Origin: Candidatus Poribacteria bacterium
GTDB lineage: Bacteria; Poribacteria; WGA-4E; PCPOR2b
Direction: 5' to 3'
DNA length: 64,000 bases
Assembly: GCA_965198175.1 (NCBI GenBank)
Contig: OZ240245.1
Coordinates: 2,688,001 to 2,752,000, forward strand
In this document: in pieces, positions 9,866 to 20,569 of the stretch
Position numbering within the stretch: position 1 is the first letter of the stretch
How the letters are laid out: every line of letters starts with the position of its first letter
Translations under genes and position numbers: made by a program
The notes under the pieces: model-generated
Seen by the model: the letters and a program-made list of their open reading frames with translations, nothing else
The model's database searches: none
Told to the model about the DNA's origin: nothing

Positions 9866-11539
9866 ATGAAACAGATTCTTGTATCCACCGCACTTCTCCT
9901 TGAGTTTCTGCTAATTGATGTCTCGTTGGTGCGGGCGCAACCTAGCGACACCTCGGCGTGGTGGCTGATTGTGAGCCCTACGACTGACAACCTTACCCAA
10001 AGTTATCTCGATTCACTCGTTGGCTTGTTGAACGACCGAGGTAAGGTGCCGCCAGGACAGATTTCCCGAATTGAGGGGGAAAAATGTACCCGCGATGGGA
10101 TTCAGGCAGACATTGGAAATATTGCTAACGAAATGCAAAAAGGAGACCGACTCATATTTTACTATCGGGGTTTTGTGACCAAACCGGAAAGATTAAATGC
10201 CATCTACTTTCTAACACATGGAGCAACGCCCGAGAGCTACACAAATGGATTTGAGATACGCCAATTGAATCGTTGGTTCCGGGAATCCTCCAGTGGCTCA
10301 ATGATTGTCATCCTTGACGGCTATACGAGCGATCGAAATTTGATGGCTTTTTACGCCAACCGCGAACCGCCAGGAGATGCAGCTTACGTGTCGATTCAGC
10401 CATCCGTAGCAAGTGCCAATCACGAGTTTACCAAAAATCTACTGGCGATGCTTCAAAAAGACACAGCCGATCTTGATGAGAATCGGCAGATCTACATTGG
10501 TGAACTCCACGAATACATCATTACGAACGCACCTCCTCAACCAGGAATCTTGGCGCCAACAGGGAACATTGAGGCAATCATCCTAAAATTAACCCCAATG
10601 CTCAGCATTGTGACAGTTCCCGAAGGCGCATCAATCTTCCTTAATGGAGAAGAGACTGGACTAACTCCTTATCACCTTGTTGACAATCTCGAGAATGAAA
10701 CATATGAAGTCGAAGTACGGAAGCCGGGGTATCTTATTCCGCCCGCTCAATCTGCCGAAGTTGATTTGGTTCAAGGTCAGGCAACTCATGTATCGTGGGA
10801 TTTAAAATCTATCGCCATTCATGGTGCCGTCAAGGCTTCCGATGGCAGTCCCCTTGAGGGAACTAGAGTGTGGGTCGATGGAACAGAATACGAGCAGAGT
10901 AAGCAGATTATCGGAGAGAATCAACGCTTTCGCCTTCCCGCTAATATCACCAATGTGTCTAGAGATAGCAGAGTTGACACAGGGGTGCTGGAGCCGAACC
11001 GGAAATACACCTTGCGTGCTGAGAGTGGTAATCTCTACCATGTAGAAACGAGCTTCACGCTACCTCGGCATGAATCCATTCGGCAAGATTTGACGCTTGA
11101 AAAAAAAACCTGGTTTGATGTTGCCCAGATGCGGTTTGATCGAGAAGAATATGAGGAGTCGATCGCCGCTTTCCAAAATGGTATTGAGGAGACCATCGAA
11201 TTCCCAGCGATGTCGCCGGCGTTTACACAGTCGCTTTTTGGTTCGTTCTCGGCAGCCATTGACGGAGAAGTCAATGGACTAAACATCGCCCACTTTGTCG
11301 CGACAGCGAGATTGGCAGATCGACTTGGTCTCCGAGAAAAATCCAAGATTTACTGGACGCACGTAAAATCAAAGACCGTGAGAGGAACGCACGAACACAA
11401 CCTAGCAACCGAGCGATTAAGAAAACTGAATATAGTCCGTTACCTGATTAACATCAGCATTCTCATTGTGTTGCTCGTCGTGGTAATATCTGGAGGTTAT
11501 ACCCTCCATAGACATCGCCGCAAGGCACGCAGGGGATAA
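9866..11539 (+). CDS. Exported PEGA-domain protein with degenerate caspase-like N-terminal domain and C-terminal TM anchor
   Basis: Signal peptide from ATG 9866, GDRLIFYYRG...VILD without evident catalytic His/Cys, PEGA motif PEGASIFLNG..G.TP...KPGY, and a C-terminal TM plus basic tail. Confidence 0.7.
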   Translation: MKQILVSTALLLEFLLIDVSLVRAQPSDTSAWWLIVSPTTDNLTQSYLDSLVGLLNDRGKVPPGQISRIEGEKCTRDGIQADIGNIANEMQKGDRLIFYYRGFVTKPERLNAIYFLTHGATPESYTNGFEIRQLNRWFRESSSGSMIVILDGYTSDRNLMAFYANREPPGDAAYVSIQPSVASANHEFTKNLLAMLQKDTADLDENRQIYIGELHEYIITNAPPQPGILAPTGNIEAIILKLTPMLSIVTVPEGASIFLNGEETGLTPYHLVDNLENETYEVEVRKPGYLIPPAQSAEVDLVQGQATHVSWDLKSIAIHGAVKASDGSPLEGTRVWVDGTEYEQSKQIIGENQRFRLPANITNVSRDSRVDTGVLEPNRKYTLRAESGNLYHVETSFTLPRHESIRQDLTLEKKTWFDVAQMRFDREEYEESIAAFQNGIEETIEFPAMSPAFTQSLFGSFSAAIDGEVNGLNIAHFVATARLADRLGLREKSKIYWTHVKSKTVRGTHEHNLATERLRKLNIVRYLINISILIVLLVVVISGGYTLHRHRRKARRG

Positions 11540-11732
11540 CATGATGTGCGTGCGTACTCAACTGTAAAGTTTTTAGAGCTACTTACATCCAAGTCCGTTA
11601 TAATTGAGTTGATACAGAAACGGTTCATTTTCCTCACACATTCCAAATTCATACCCACACTTTATGTTTCATCGTCTCGCCATCCTCCCCAATGTCCCTC
11701 CGATGGCATAACGCAGCGATGCCAAAAAATGC

Positions 11733-11761
11733 TTGAAAACAGTATGAGGCAATGATATAAT
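11733..11761 (+). promoter_or_regulatory. Sigma70-type promoter of the TPR/beta-barrel operon
   Basis: TTGAAA-N17-TATAAT, with TG extension. Confidence 0.7.
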
Positions 11762-11809
11762 AGCCTCAAGTTTAAAATAGCTAGCTCATTCTGGGAGGGC
11801 GGAAGAGTT

Positions 11810-14800
11810 GTGTTCCTGTTTAGTAAATTTCTCACGATCGTTTTAATCTTTACGTGGATAATTTATCCGGCGATTGCCGGAGAACGCGAGGAATATTCTT
11901 TCGCATACAACTTCTTCCAAAGGGAAGCCTACGGTATTGCAAAAGATCAGTTCAAAGCCTTCCTTCAAGAATATCCGGACAGTGAAAATGCGGACGATGC
12001 ACGCTTTCTGATGGGTGAATGCGCGCTGCGGCTCAAGGGATATGACGAAGCTATCCGATATTATAAGCAGCTTGAGATTGATTATCCGGACAGTCCCCTG
12101 CGTCTAGACGCCGTGTTTGGGGTTGCAACCGCTTGGTTTCGCCAAGGCAAATATGAAGAAGCGATTAAAGCCTTCGAAGAATTGATTGAAGAATCAAATG
12201 ATGACCAAGTTATCTCCCAAAGTCTCTATCTCATCGGAGAGTCTTACGATAACTTGGGTCTCTACCAGAAAGCGGGTGAATATTACGATCGGGTCCTCAC
12301 AAAATATCCTCAGTCGCCAAAAGCAGCAGATGCTCTCTATGCAACAGGCTGGAGCCTCTACCGCCTTAAGAAATATCAGGCAGCCTATGGCGTGTTTACC
12401 CGCTTCATCAAAACTTATTCAAATAACTACGCTGTTGTGGAGGCGTCTTACCGTGCTGCGGAATCGCTTTTCAAATTGGGAGCTTGGGCAAATGCCCAGA
12501 CGGAATACCAGAAATTTGTCGGTACCTACGGTAAAGATGAGAAACACCGGCAATTTGTTATAAACGCTCGATTCAGGCTGGGTGAGTGCTACTTTCAACA
12601 ACAGTTGATGGAGGAAGCCAAAGAGACGTTTCAACTTCTGCTTCAAGAGTATGGAACATCGCCCATTGCTGCGGAAGCGCAATATTGGATTGCTGAAATT
12701 TTGTTGGAGGGGGAAAAATACCCTGAAGCCATTTATGAATATGGGAAAATTGTCAATCTGCATCCGAAAAGCGATGTTGTTGATGATGCCCAGTTTGGAA
12801 TTGCTACAGCCCATTTTCGGCAGGAGGACTATGTCAAAGCCCGGGCTCATTTCAACGTTGTTGCGGATAATCTGCGATCTGAACTTGCTAATGCAGCGCG
12901 TTTTCGCATCGGTGAGTGCTTTCGTTTACAACGTGAATTTAACTCGGCACTCCTCAACTATAAGAAGGTAGGCTCCAAATCGCCGTACGCGGATGATGCG
13001 CTTTACGGACTAGCAACAAGTGCGTTTGAACTGCAGGATTATTCCCAAGCCATTCGTACCTTCAATGAACTGCTTCAATCCTATGCCTCTAGTCCACTTA
13101 AACCGTACACGCTTCATCAACTCGGGCTTGCCTATTTTAATCAGGCGGAATACCAAAAAAGTGTGGAAGTTTTCGATCGTTTCTTCGAGGCGACACCTGG
13201 AGAAGAGCTAGAAACCGCCCCACTTGATGAAGCATTGTTCTGGAAGGCGCGCGCACTGTATGAACTCGGTAACTACTCGGAAGTAATTCAAACTTGTATG
13301 CAGCTGCTTCAACAGTTTCCGAACTCCCGTCAGTATGAAGCAGAATTCTTCATCGCCGAAAGCACCTATTGGAGCCAGCAAACCCTGAGCGGTTTTCAAT
13401 CTGCTCGGCAAAAATACCAAGACCTGCTGGATAAACAACCAGAGGGGAAATGGGCGGAGAAATGTCGTTACGGAATTGGCTGGACCTATTTCTCTGAAGC
13501 AACCTTCTCAAAGAATGTAGCGACAGGTGCCAAACATTACCAATCCGCCATCAACGCATGGGGCGCAGTTATTACAAATCACTCGACTGGAGAGTTCGCG
13601 GACCAAGCGCAGTATCACATCGGAGTTGCCTACATTAATCTCAAGCAATATAATGATGCGATTGACGCGTTCAATCAGCTAATTTCTCGCTATCCCGGCA
13701 GCAACTGGAGTGATGATGCTCGGTATCATATTGGGTGGGCGCTTTATAAACAAGAAAAATACCAAGAAGCCATTCTCTCCCTTGATGAGGTGCTCAAAAA
13801 GCATTCGGGCTCGCAGTTTGTTCCTAAAGCGATTTTTCGTATCGCCATGTCTTATTTTAAGCAGGGAAAATTCGCGAAAGCTATCGAAAATTATGAAAGG
13901 GTTGTTAATAAATTTCCCAATCCCATTCGCGAACCAGGTACCGAAAAGATGGTCGATCTCCGTCCGGAAGCTCAATACTACATCGCAGAGAGCTATCTGA
14001 GTCTTCGGAAATTTGCGGCGGCGACTGACGCATATGGCAAGGTGATTCAGCATTATCCAGCGAGTGAGTGGGCAGACGATGCACAGTATGGAGTTGCATT
14101 GGCATACGAGAATCTAGGGCAAAAAGAGAAAGCCATGCAAGCGTATCAAACGTTGATACAGAGATTCGCAAGTGGCGAGCTTGCTCCGGATGCCCAGATT
14201 AAAATTGCCGGCTTCTACTACCAAGATAAGGATTACACCCGCGCCATCGCCGAGTTTCAAGAAGCGATTAACCGGTATCCGAACACACCAGAAACATGGT
14301 TGGCTCAGTACAATATTGGAAAATCCTACATCGCCCTAGCTTCATATCGACAAGCGATTACGGCGTTTGAACGAGTTGATTCCAGAAGCGATATTGCCGC
14401 CACAGCGTTATACGAAATTGGCTATGCTTGGTACGACAATAATAATCCAGGCCGAAACCTCGGTAATGCTGTGAACGCGCTGCTCAGGGTAGCTCAAGAA
14501 TTTCCGAAAAATCCTGATGCACTGCGTGCTCTTTTGCTTGCCGGTAGGTGTTATCAGGAATTAGCGGACTGGGACAAGGCAGTTGGGGTATACCAGCAAA
14601 TTATAGAAAGCTATCCGCATTCGGAGGAGGCGCAATTAGGACAACTTGAGTTAGGACATACCTATCGCGCGCAGGGGAAATACCAAGTCGCAATTGCAGC
14701 CTATGATGTTATTCGCAAGGGGGGCACAGACGAATACTCTCTTGAGATTGTCATTGAAGCGATATTGTATTTAGCGGAAACCCAGACAAAGGAGGGGAAT

Positions 14801-15076
14801 CATGAGGATGGTGCAATTACCTATCTCCGCATTCCTCTGCTATACGAACAATACGATCGCCTGACTGCACTTGAGGCAACTGTTCGTGCTGCTAGTGCTT
14901 TCACGACAGCCGGTAAAATTTATATGGCGAAGGACACCTATGCAGATGCTATTAAACTCTATAAAGTCAACGCTTCAACGGTCCAGGACTCCAAGATCAG
15001 GAAAGATTGGGATAAGCTATACGACACTGCCAAGAAAAACCTCCAGCAACTTATCCACCGTATCGAGCAAGAATAA
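11810..15076 (+). CDS. Large exported TPR protein (YbgF/BamD-like repeats)
   Basis: Signal peptide followed by more than 20 TPRs with YPxS..A..A.Y.IG linkers. Confidence 0.9.
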   Translation: MFLFSKFLTIVLIFTWIIYPAIAGEREEYSFAYNFFQREAYGIAKDQFKAFLQEYPDSENADDARFLMGECALRLKGYDEAIRYYKQLEIDYPDSPLRLDAVFGVATAWFRQGKYEEAIKAFEELIEESNDDQVISQSLYLIGESYDNLGLYQKAGEYYDRVLTKYPQSPKAADALYATGWSLYRLKKYQAAYGVFTRFIKTYSNNYAVVEASYRAAESLFKLGAWANAQTEYQKFVGTYGKDEKHRQFVINARFRLGECYFQQQLMEEAKETFQLLLQEYGTSPIAAEAQYWIAEILLEGEKYPEAIYEYGKIVNLHPKSDVVDDAQFGIATAHFRQEDYVKARAHFNVVADNLRSELANAARFRIGECFRLQREFNSALLNYKKVGSKSPYADDALYGLATSAFELQDYSQAIRTFNELLQSYASSPLKPYTLHQLGLAYFNQAEYQKSVEVFDRFFEATPGEELETAPLDEALFWKARALYELGNYSEVIQTCMQLLQQFPNSRQYEAEFFIAESTYWSQQTLSGFQSARQKYQDLLDKQPEGKWAEKCRYGIGWTYFSEATFSKNVATGAKHYQSAINAWGAVITNHSTGEFADQAQYHIGVAYINLKQYNDAIDAFNQLISRYPGSNWSDDARYHIGWALYKQEKYQEAILSLDEVLKKHSGSQFVPKAIFRIAMSYFKQGKFAKAIENYERVVNKFPNPIREPGTEKMVDLRPEAQYYIAESYLSLRKFAAATDAYGKVIQHYPASEWADDAQYGVALAYENLGQKEKAMQAYQTLIQRFASGELAPDAQIKIAGFYYQDKDYTRAIAEFQEAINRYPNTPETWLAQYNIGKSYIALASYRQAITAFERVDSRSDIAATALYEIGYAWYDNNNPGRNLGNAVNALLRVAQEFPKNPDALRALLLAGRCYQELADWDKAVGVYQQIIESYPHSEEAQLGQLELGHTYRAQGKYQVAIAAYDVIRKGGTDEYSLEIVIEAILYLAETQTKEGNHEDGAITYLRIPLLYEQYDRLTALEATVRAASAFTTAGKIYMAKDTYADAIKLYKVNASTVQDSKIRKDWDKLYDTAKKNLQQLIHRIEQE

Positions 15077-15120
15077 GTAAAATCCGAGATTCCAAGACTA
15101 AGTCCGTATGAGAAAACTCT

Positions 15121-16827
15121 ATGCCCCGTTTGTTATTCACAATCTTCTGGGTTAGCCTTTTGGAAGTCGGGAGCCCATTTCTCTACGCCAAGGTGCCGCA
15201 GAAAGACCAAAACGTGATTTTGCCTCCTTCGGAAGAACAGTTGGAAGCGGATTTACCAGAAGTTATTCGAGCAAGAATCATTGATACAACGCGGATTGAA
15301 CTTGAGCCACGTAGTCGCTTTAGCGACCCATCAAAACCGAAATTGATTACCGCCTTGGGAATATATGCAAAGGAGCGCCTATGGAGTTTGCCGCCAATTT
15401 TGACGCCGCAAAAAGCTGTTGCACCAAACGTGTCTCAACTTAAAACCCACATAGTCAATTTCACGGCCTATCCAAGTTTCCCTGATTCGCTCTTTTATCG
15501 TGCACTTTTTGGAGGGCACTCCAACAGGACGCGGGGATTCCTTTACCTAGATGGAAAGCAGCTTGGTGACAAGCGTACAAAGAAACTGGGAGACTATAAC
15601 TTCAATAGCGTTCGTGGTGAATTGAGTTATCAACATCAAGATCACAGTGAGATTTCCCTTGATGTTGATCTCGATCTCAAAGACCTGAATTGGCTGTCAG
15701 CAGCGGACAATCAAGAAAAATTGCCGAAGGATTTATTATCCCTTCATTCCGAGCTAAACTGGAGGCAACAGGTTGCAGAAACTGCATGGACAACACTTAA
15801 CTTTGACGCGAGATCCTTGCATTTGACACATGACAATTCAGGTCAATCGGATAAAGGCATCGATCTCCGGTTAAATTTCGACGCAGAAATTCCCCTGCCT
15901 TTTCAGAACCCGATTCACACCGGTGACAAGGTAGATGTGAATCCAATTCATCTAGGCAGTCACATCGAATACTTTTCCGTAAAGGACAGATGGGACCACG
16001 AGAATTGGGCGGCAATTATTCGTTTATATGCTCGGGATGAGTTTACGCTTTTTGGACCGTTTGTTTTAAGCATGGGAGCAGAAGGAATCAATTATCGTGA
16101 ACAGGATGATAGCAGTGAAGATTTAACGCGATTGCAATTCAATCCGTACCTCGCAGTCACGACCAATTTGGGTAAGCGGTGGATTTTTCGCATGGAAGGT
16201 ATGCGGACCACGCATCAATCCAAATTATCATCGCTTTATTTTGAATCAGATTACATCAGTCTTAATCCATTTCTCCGTCCGGAAAAGACGTGGGGCGGGC
16301 AGGTATTGTTGAAATACCATCAAGGTAGAAAATTCGAGATTGGTCTCTCAGGCTTTGCAAAGCAGATTGATGATTTAGTTGTCCTTGAACAGGATAAGCA
16401 GATTGCGCTTACATGGGCGCCGACAAACATTGAAGCACAGATTTTTGGTGGACAACTCGATTGCTCCGCTCACATCACGAATCGCCTTGAGTTACAGTTG
16501 CAATACATCCATGAATTTCATCGCCCACAGCACGCGGAAAATATCGCCTACAGACCTGAAGATTTAGTGAATTTAGAGGTAGAATATCAGATTTCAACAG
16601 ATTTTCGGTTTAAACTAGGTGGGCAATTTCAGGGTCCTCGGTATGCGGAAACAGATGAAACTTTGGAACGCTATTTCTTGTTGAAGCCAAAGCTGAGTAA
16701 AACGATAGGGGTATACGTGGATGCGTTTATTAGTGGAACATTCGCAATTGGTGAGTATACCCTGCTCCACGAAGACTATACATTTTCACAGAATAACTTC
16801 GATTTTGGTGTAGAATTAAAATTCTAA
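15121..16827 (+). CDS. Outer-membrane beta-barrel protein, TonB-dependent-receptor-like
   Basis: Signal peptide, amphipathic beta strands, NPFLRPEK motif and a C-terminal beta-signal FGVELKF. Confidence 0.7.
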   Translation: MPRLLFTIFWVSLLEVGSPFLYAKVPQKDQNVILPPSEEQLEADLPEVIRARIIDTTRIELEPRSRFSDPSKPKLITALGIYAKERLWSLPPILTPQKAVAPNVSQLKTHIVNFTAYPSFPDSLFYRALFGGHSNRTRGFLYLDGKQLGDKRTKKLGDYNFNSVRGELSYQHQDHSEISLDVDLDLKDLNWLSAADNQEKLPKDLLSLHSELNWRQQVAETAWTTLNFDARSLHLTHDNSGQSDKGIDLRLNFDAEIPLPFQNPIHTGDKVDVNPIHLGSHIEYFSVKDRWDHENWAAIIRLYARDEFTLFGPFVLSMGAEGINYREQDDSSEDLTRLQFNPYLAVTTNLGKRWIFRMEGMRTTHQSKLSSLYFESDYISLNPFLRPEKTWGGQVLLKYHQGRKFEIGLSGFAKQIDDLVVLEQDKQIALTWAPTNIEAQIFGGQLDCSAHITNRLELQLQYIHEFHRPQHAENIAYRPEDLVNLEVEYQISTDFRFKLGGQFQGPRYAETDETLERYFLLKPKLSKTIGVYVDAFISGTFAIGEYTLLHEDYTFSQNNFDFGVELKF

Positions 16828-17019
16828 TAGGTAACATGTTCATGACTGCAAGAAAATCTATATCCATTGGAAATCAGATAGTTTCTGGCAGAGAAAACTC
16901 CTTGAACATCCAGAAATCATGACGCAAATAATGCGCTTGTGATAAATTGAAGAATACATTAGAGAAAGGTGAACCGTTGCCGCACCGTATTTCATTTATC
17001 CGCTTATGTCAATTTATCT

Positions 17020-17703
17020 ATGGACCAGATCGCTCATATAATTCTTTCGGGGTTAGGGCAATTAAGTGAGGGCGGACCTATTTTAATCCCTCTAGTCGCC
17101 TTTTCGCTTTGTTCGCATACAATTATCATGGAGCGCGCGTATCACCTACGCCGCAGACGGATTATCCCTTCACACTTCGTAACGCGCAGTATCTACCACG
17201 AGTTAGTCGAGGGAAATCCTGAAATTGCCATTAAGATGTGTGAGAAGAAACCTGGTCCATTGACTAATATTCTTCGAGCGGGTATTGAGCATCGGGATGC
17301 TGGGGAAGATACAATCAAACGGGTCATACGTATCGCAATTACTACGGAGAGGCGCATTTTAACACGATACCTTAACTTCTTGGGGCTCCTTGCTTCGGTT
17401 TCCTTGTATACTGGTTTACTTGGCACGGTCGTCGGCATGATATACTCTTTCGGCGCGTTATACGTCGGGAAACCAACGGACATTGCCGTTGGTATCTCAC
17501 AAGCCTTACTAACTACAGCAGCAGGGTTGGTTGTCGCTTTGCCTGCTTATGTGGCGAATGATTATTTTCGCAGCAAGTCCCAGAACTTCGTGACAGCGCT
17601 CGAAAGACATGGGATGTCATTAGTTCGCTTTCTTACTACCGAAGAGTACAAGCTATTCCAAGGCGAGTTTGAAGATATTCGGGATTACAAGGAGGATGGT
17701 TGA
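17020..17703 (+). CDS. MotA/TolQ/ExbB proton channel family protein
   Basis: GLLGTVVGMIYSF and GISQALLTTAAGLVVALPA motifs. Confidence 0.92.
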   Translation: MDQIAHIILSGLGQLSEGGPILIPLVAFSLCSHTIIMERAYHLRRRRIIPSHFVTRSIYHELVEGNPEIAIKMCEKKPGPLTNILRAGIEHRDAGEDTIKRVIRIAITTERRILTRYLNFLGLLASVSLYTGLLGTVVGMIYSFGALYVGKPTDIAVGISQALLTTAAGLVVALPAYVANDYFRSKSQNFVTALERHGMSLVRFLTTEEYKLFQGEFEDIRDYKEDG

Positions 17704-18599
17704 TGGCAAGGAAGCGGGACGAAGTTGGGATGGTAGTATTTCTGACAATTGCGATTATTGAGCACATTATTTTTATTCTTGTTTTGGCAACAGTCGTTTA
17801 TACTGAACCCGTGGCAAAGCCTGATCGCCCAATAACAGTGGACATTATTACCAACGTACAACCGCAAGAAAAAAGCCTCGTGGAGGATAATCTTGTTGCA
17901 TCGCTCCCGGTGCAACGTCAGGTATATGATGAATTACCGCCGCTCCACTTTACGCATAACCGCCAAAGGTACCTGAACCCTTCACAATCTAAGGATGGAT
18001 TACCGGAGGTGTTCCAAAGACGGATAGCCGATCGAAATTCCGACCGATTTTCCTTGGAGGTTGCTCGTCCTCAAGGCAACAAGCGCGATTTAGTTGATAA
18101 TTCGCCAAATGCAATCGTTCGAGCAAAACCGCTTGTTAAAACGCCCGGATATCACGGACCTGAGCCCCGGAAGCTACCGGAGACAGATGGAGGAAAATAC
18201 AGAAGAGGAGAACGAGAACCAAATTCAATAGGGCGACTCCCCACAGGCAGCTTGGTAGATACCCGAATGAATCGGATAGCAGGCAGTGGAGAAGATGGAA
18301 ATATCCGTATTTCTGGTGAAGTTAGCGGACGGAAGTATCATTTGCCGCCTTCCATTCAGACAAAGGGCAAACAAGGTGGAAGTATTCAACTCAGTTTCAA
18401 GGTGAGGCCTGACGGAACCGTTGATAGCAACAGTATTCGTATTGAGTTAGGTCCAAAAACAACAGTTGGCGAGGTCCGATTGAAAAGAAAGGCAATACAA
18501 TATCTCGTAGCAATCCGATTTGCCGCCCTGCCTAAGACTGTACCGCAAGTTAATCAATCTGGAGAAATATTCATCAAATTTACAACCAAGGCGGGTTGA
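17700..18599 (+). CDS. TonB/TolA-like energy transducer
   Basis: N-terminal TM containing His, Pro-rich linker, and C-terminal GSIQLSFKVRPDGTV...IRFAALP. Confidence 0.7.
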   Translation: MMARKRDEVGMVVFLTIAIIEHIIFILVLATVVYTEPVAKPDRPITVDIITNVQPQEKSLVEDNLVASLPVQRQVYDELPPLHFTHNRQRYLNPSQSKDGLPEVFQRRIADRNSDRFSLEVARPQGNKRDLVDNSPNAIVRAKPLVKTPGYHGPEPRKLPETDGGKYRRGEREPNSIGRLPTGSLVDTRMNRIAGSGEDGNIRISGEVSGRKYHLPPSIQTKGKQGGSIQLSFKVRPDGTVDSNSIRIELGPKTTVGEVRLKRKAIQYLVAIRFAALPKTVPQVNQSGEIFIKFTTKAG

Positions 18600-18792
18600 T
18601 AGGTTTTGCCGTAAGCTTTGTTAGTCTAAGGATTGTAAGGAGATTGACAACTCTTAATTGCTAAATTCGCAGTCATTCAGTGCGCTGATGGGCTTCTTGA
18701 CAATCCGTAAATTGGCAACCGTACAGTAAAATGGAAGTTTACATTCCGAAGCGCTGCTCAAGTAATCTTGATCGGATTTGCATATCAGTCGG

Positions 18793-18822
18793 AAATTTCT
18801 AGGTCTATAAACCTAGAAATTT
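18793..18822. terminator. Perfect 12-bp inverted repeat (terminator or operator)
   Basis: AAATTTCTAGGT-ctataa-ACCTAGAAATTT. Confidence 0.5.
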
Positions 18823-19080
18823 GTGAGATGAACCTAAATTCTTACAGACTTATTGGATTATCATGTACAAGTCGGAAACACTTGTCACGAATTGATGGAT
18901 AAATAACCCCTTCCTCAACGCTTTCCTGAATAGTGAGGGATCAAGCGAATGAATAGTGAGTGCCATAGTTTTTACAGGTTTAGAAGACTATCGCCCTCGT
19001 TATTCACTCGGTTGATCGCTAAGCGTGTAGAATGTTGATTCCTCATTTTGATAACTATACAATACAAAAGGAGAAACAAA

Positions 19081-20463
19081 ATGAATCGATTGAAATCCCT
19101 TAGCCCTTACCTTGCACTTGCCAGCTTGGCTGTAATCGTTGTTGGTTGCCCCGGGGGCATGAGCGGCATTGTACCCCTGAGCGCGAAAATACAAAATGCT
19201 GATCTCAAACTTGCAGAGGCAGAGCAAGTTCAAATTTCAGGTGAAACGAGAGAAGAAAAAGCAGAATTTCTCACAAAAAAGAAAGAACTTTACGATGATG
19301 CGCTGCGGCGTTATCTTGAAATCATCGACGCCGATCCACAAGGAAAATATGCGCAGCGAGCGCATTTCCAAACGGCCGAAGTCTACAAAAGACGTTATGA
19401 TTGGGATAGTTCAGCGCAGCATTATCAAGCAATCGTAGATCTATCTCCAACTGGTTATTATGCCAGCCGGGCGAAGAGCGGTATTGCTGACATTCGCAAG
19501 AACCGTCGAGTTATTCGGGAGAAACGGCGTATCTACCAAAACCGGCGCCTTCTCGAAGATGAAGAAAGCCAAACTATAGCCGCGCGAGCGTTGTATGATG
19601 TTGCGAAGGCTTACGAAACGATTGGCAATTATCCGGCAGCAGTCGAAAATTATGAAAAATTAATCGTAGAGTTTCCTGAATATAAGCTGACACCGCAGGT
19701 GCAGTTCCAAATCGGCAATATCTATTTCTATAGACTGCATGACTATTCAAACTCTGGCGGTTGGGGCGCCTATGTGAAGGTTATCGAAGACTATCCCGAT
19801 TCTTTTGAAGCGCGAGAAGCAGAGACGCTTTTGAAGAAGTCCAGTCGAACGCTGACCCAGATAGCTCAAGAAATGGAGCTCGTCGAATCCTTTAAGAATA
19901 AGAAAGCGTTTGACTATCGTCAGACAGGTCGCTATTTACCATCCACTGAATTATGGAAGATGGGCTACTCTGATCATGCTGTCCAGGCTTATCAGGAAAT
20001 CGCATCGGGTTGGAAAAAATTGAGGAACTATACATATGCAATCGCCGCCTACGACAAATTGGTAGAGTATGTGTCACACAGAAAGTTTGCGGTCGCTGAC
20101 GCATTATTTCAAGCGGGAGTTTTGTATCAGAAAAACGGAGAGCTTGAGCGGGCAATTGACGCATATGACAGGCTATTTGAAAAGGCGCCCGAATCAACCT
20201 GGCGCGCTGAAGCGGTCTATAACCAAGCCGTCTGTTTTCAGTCGATCCGGGAGTTTAACGAAGCGTATAGAGGGTTCAAGGCATACATGAGCCTCGGCGA
20301 TGATGGTAAGTATTACCGTGAAGCAGAACAGCGTGTTCGTCAGTTTGAACTTGATCAGGATGGAGATGGATACAAGTTCTACAAAGAACAAGAAGCTGGA
20401 ACTTCCGATCAGGATGCGAATGATTATCCTGGTGCACAACAACCCGCGGCGAGCGGCATGTAA
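19081..20463 (+). CDS. TPR lipoprotein
   Basis: RBS AAGGAG, lipobox VVGC, TPRs, and a C-terminal DQDGDG..E..GT Ca-binding-like motif. Confidence 0.85.
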   Translation: MNRLKSLSPYLALASLAVIVVGCPGGMSGIVPLSAKIQNADLKLAEAEQVQISGETREEKAEFLTKKKELYDDALRRYLEIIDADPQGKYAQRAHFQTAEVYKRRYDWDSSAQHYQAIVDLSPTGYYASRAKSGIADIRKNRRVIREKRRIYQNRRLLEDEESQTIAARALYDVAKAYETIGNYPAAVENYEKLIVEFPEYKLTPQVQFQIGNIYFYRLHDYSNSGGWGAYVKVIEDYPDSFEAREAETLLKKSSRTLTQIAQEMELVESFKNKKAFDYRQTGRYLPSTELWKMGYSDHAVQAYQEIASGWKKLRNYTYAIAAYDKLVEYVSHRKFAVADALFQAGVLYQKNGELERAIDAYDRLFEKAPESTWRAEAVYNQAVCFQSIREFNEAYRGFKAYMSLGDDGKYYREAEQRVRQFELDQDGDGYKFYKEQEAGTSDQDANDYPGAQQPAASGM

Positions 20464-20498
20464 ATGGCATGTATATATTCACCCATCGAACAACAAAC

Positions 20499-20530
20499 AA
20501 AAAGCAGGGAATATGCTTCCCTGCTTTTTT
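20499..20530. terminator. Bidirectional intrinsic terminator
   Basis: AAAAAGCAGGGAA-tatgc-TTCCCTGCTTTTT between convergent genes. Confidence 0.85.
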
Positions 20531-20569
20531 ATACGCCTTCCCTTGCATTGCGGTATCATAGAAGGTATA

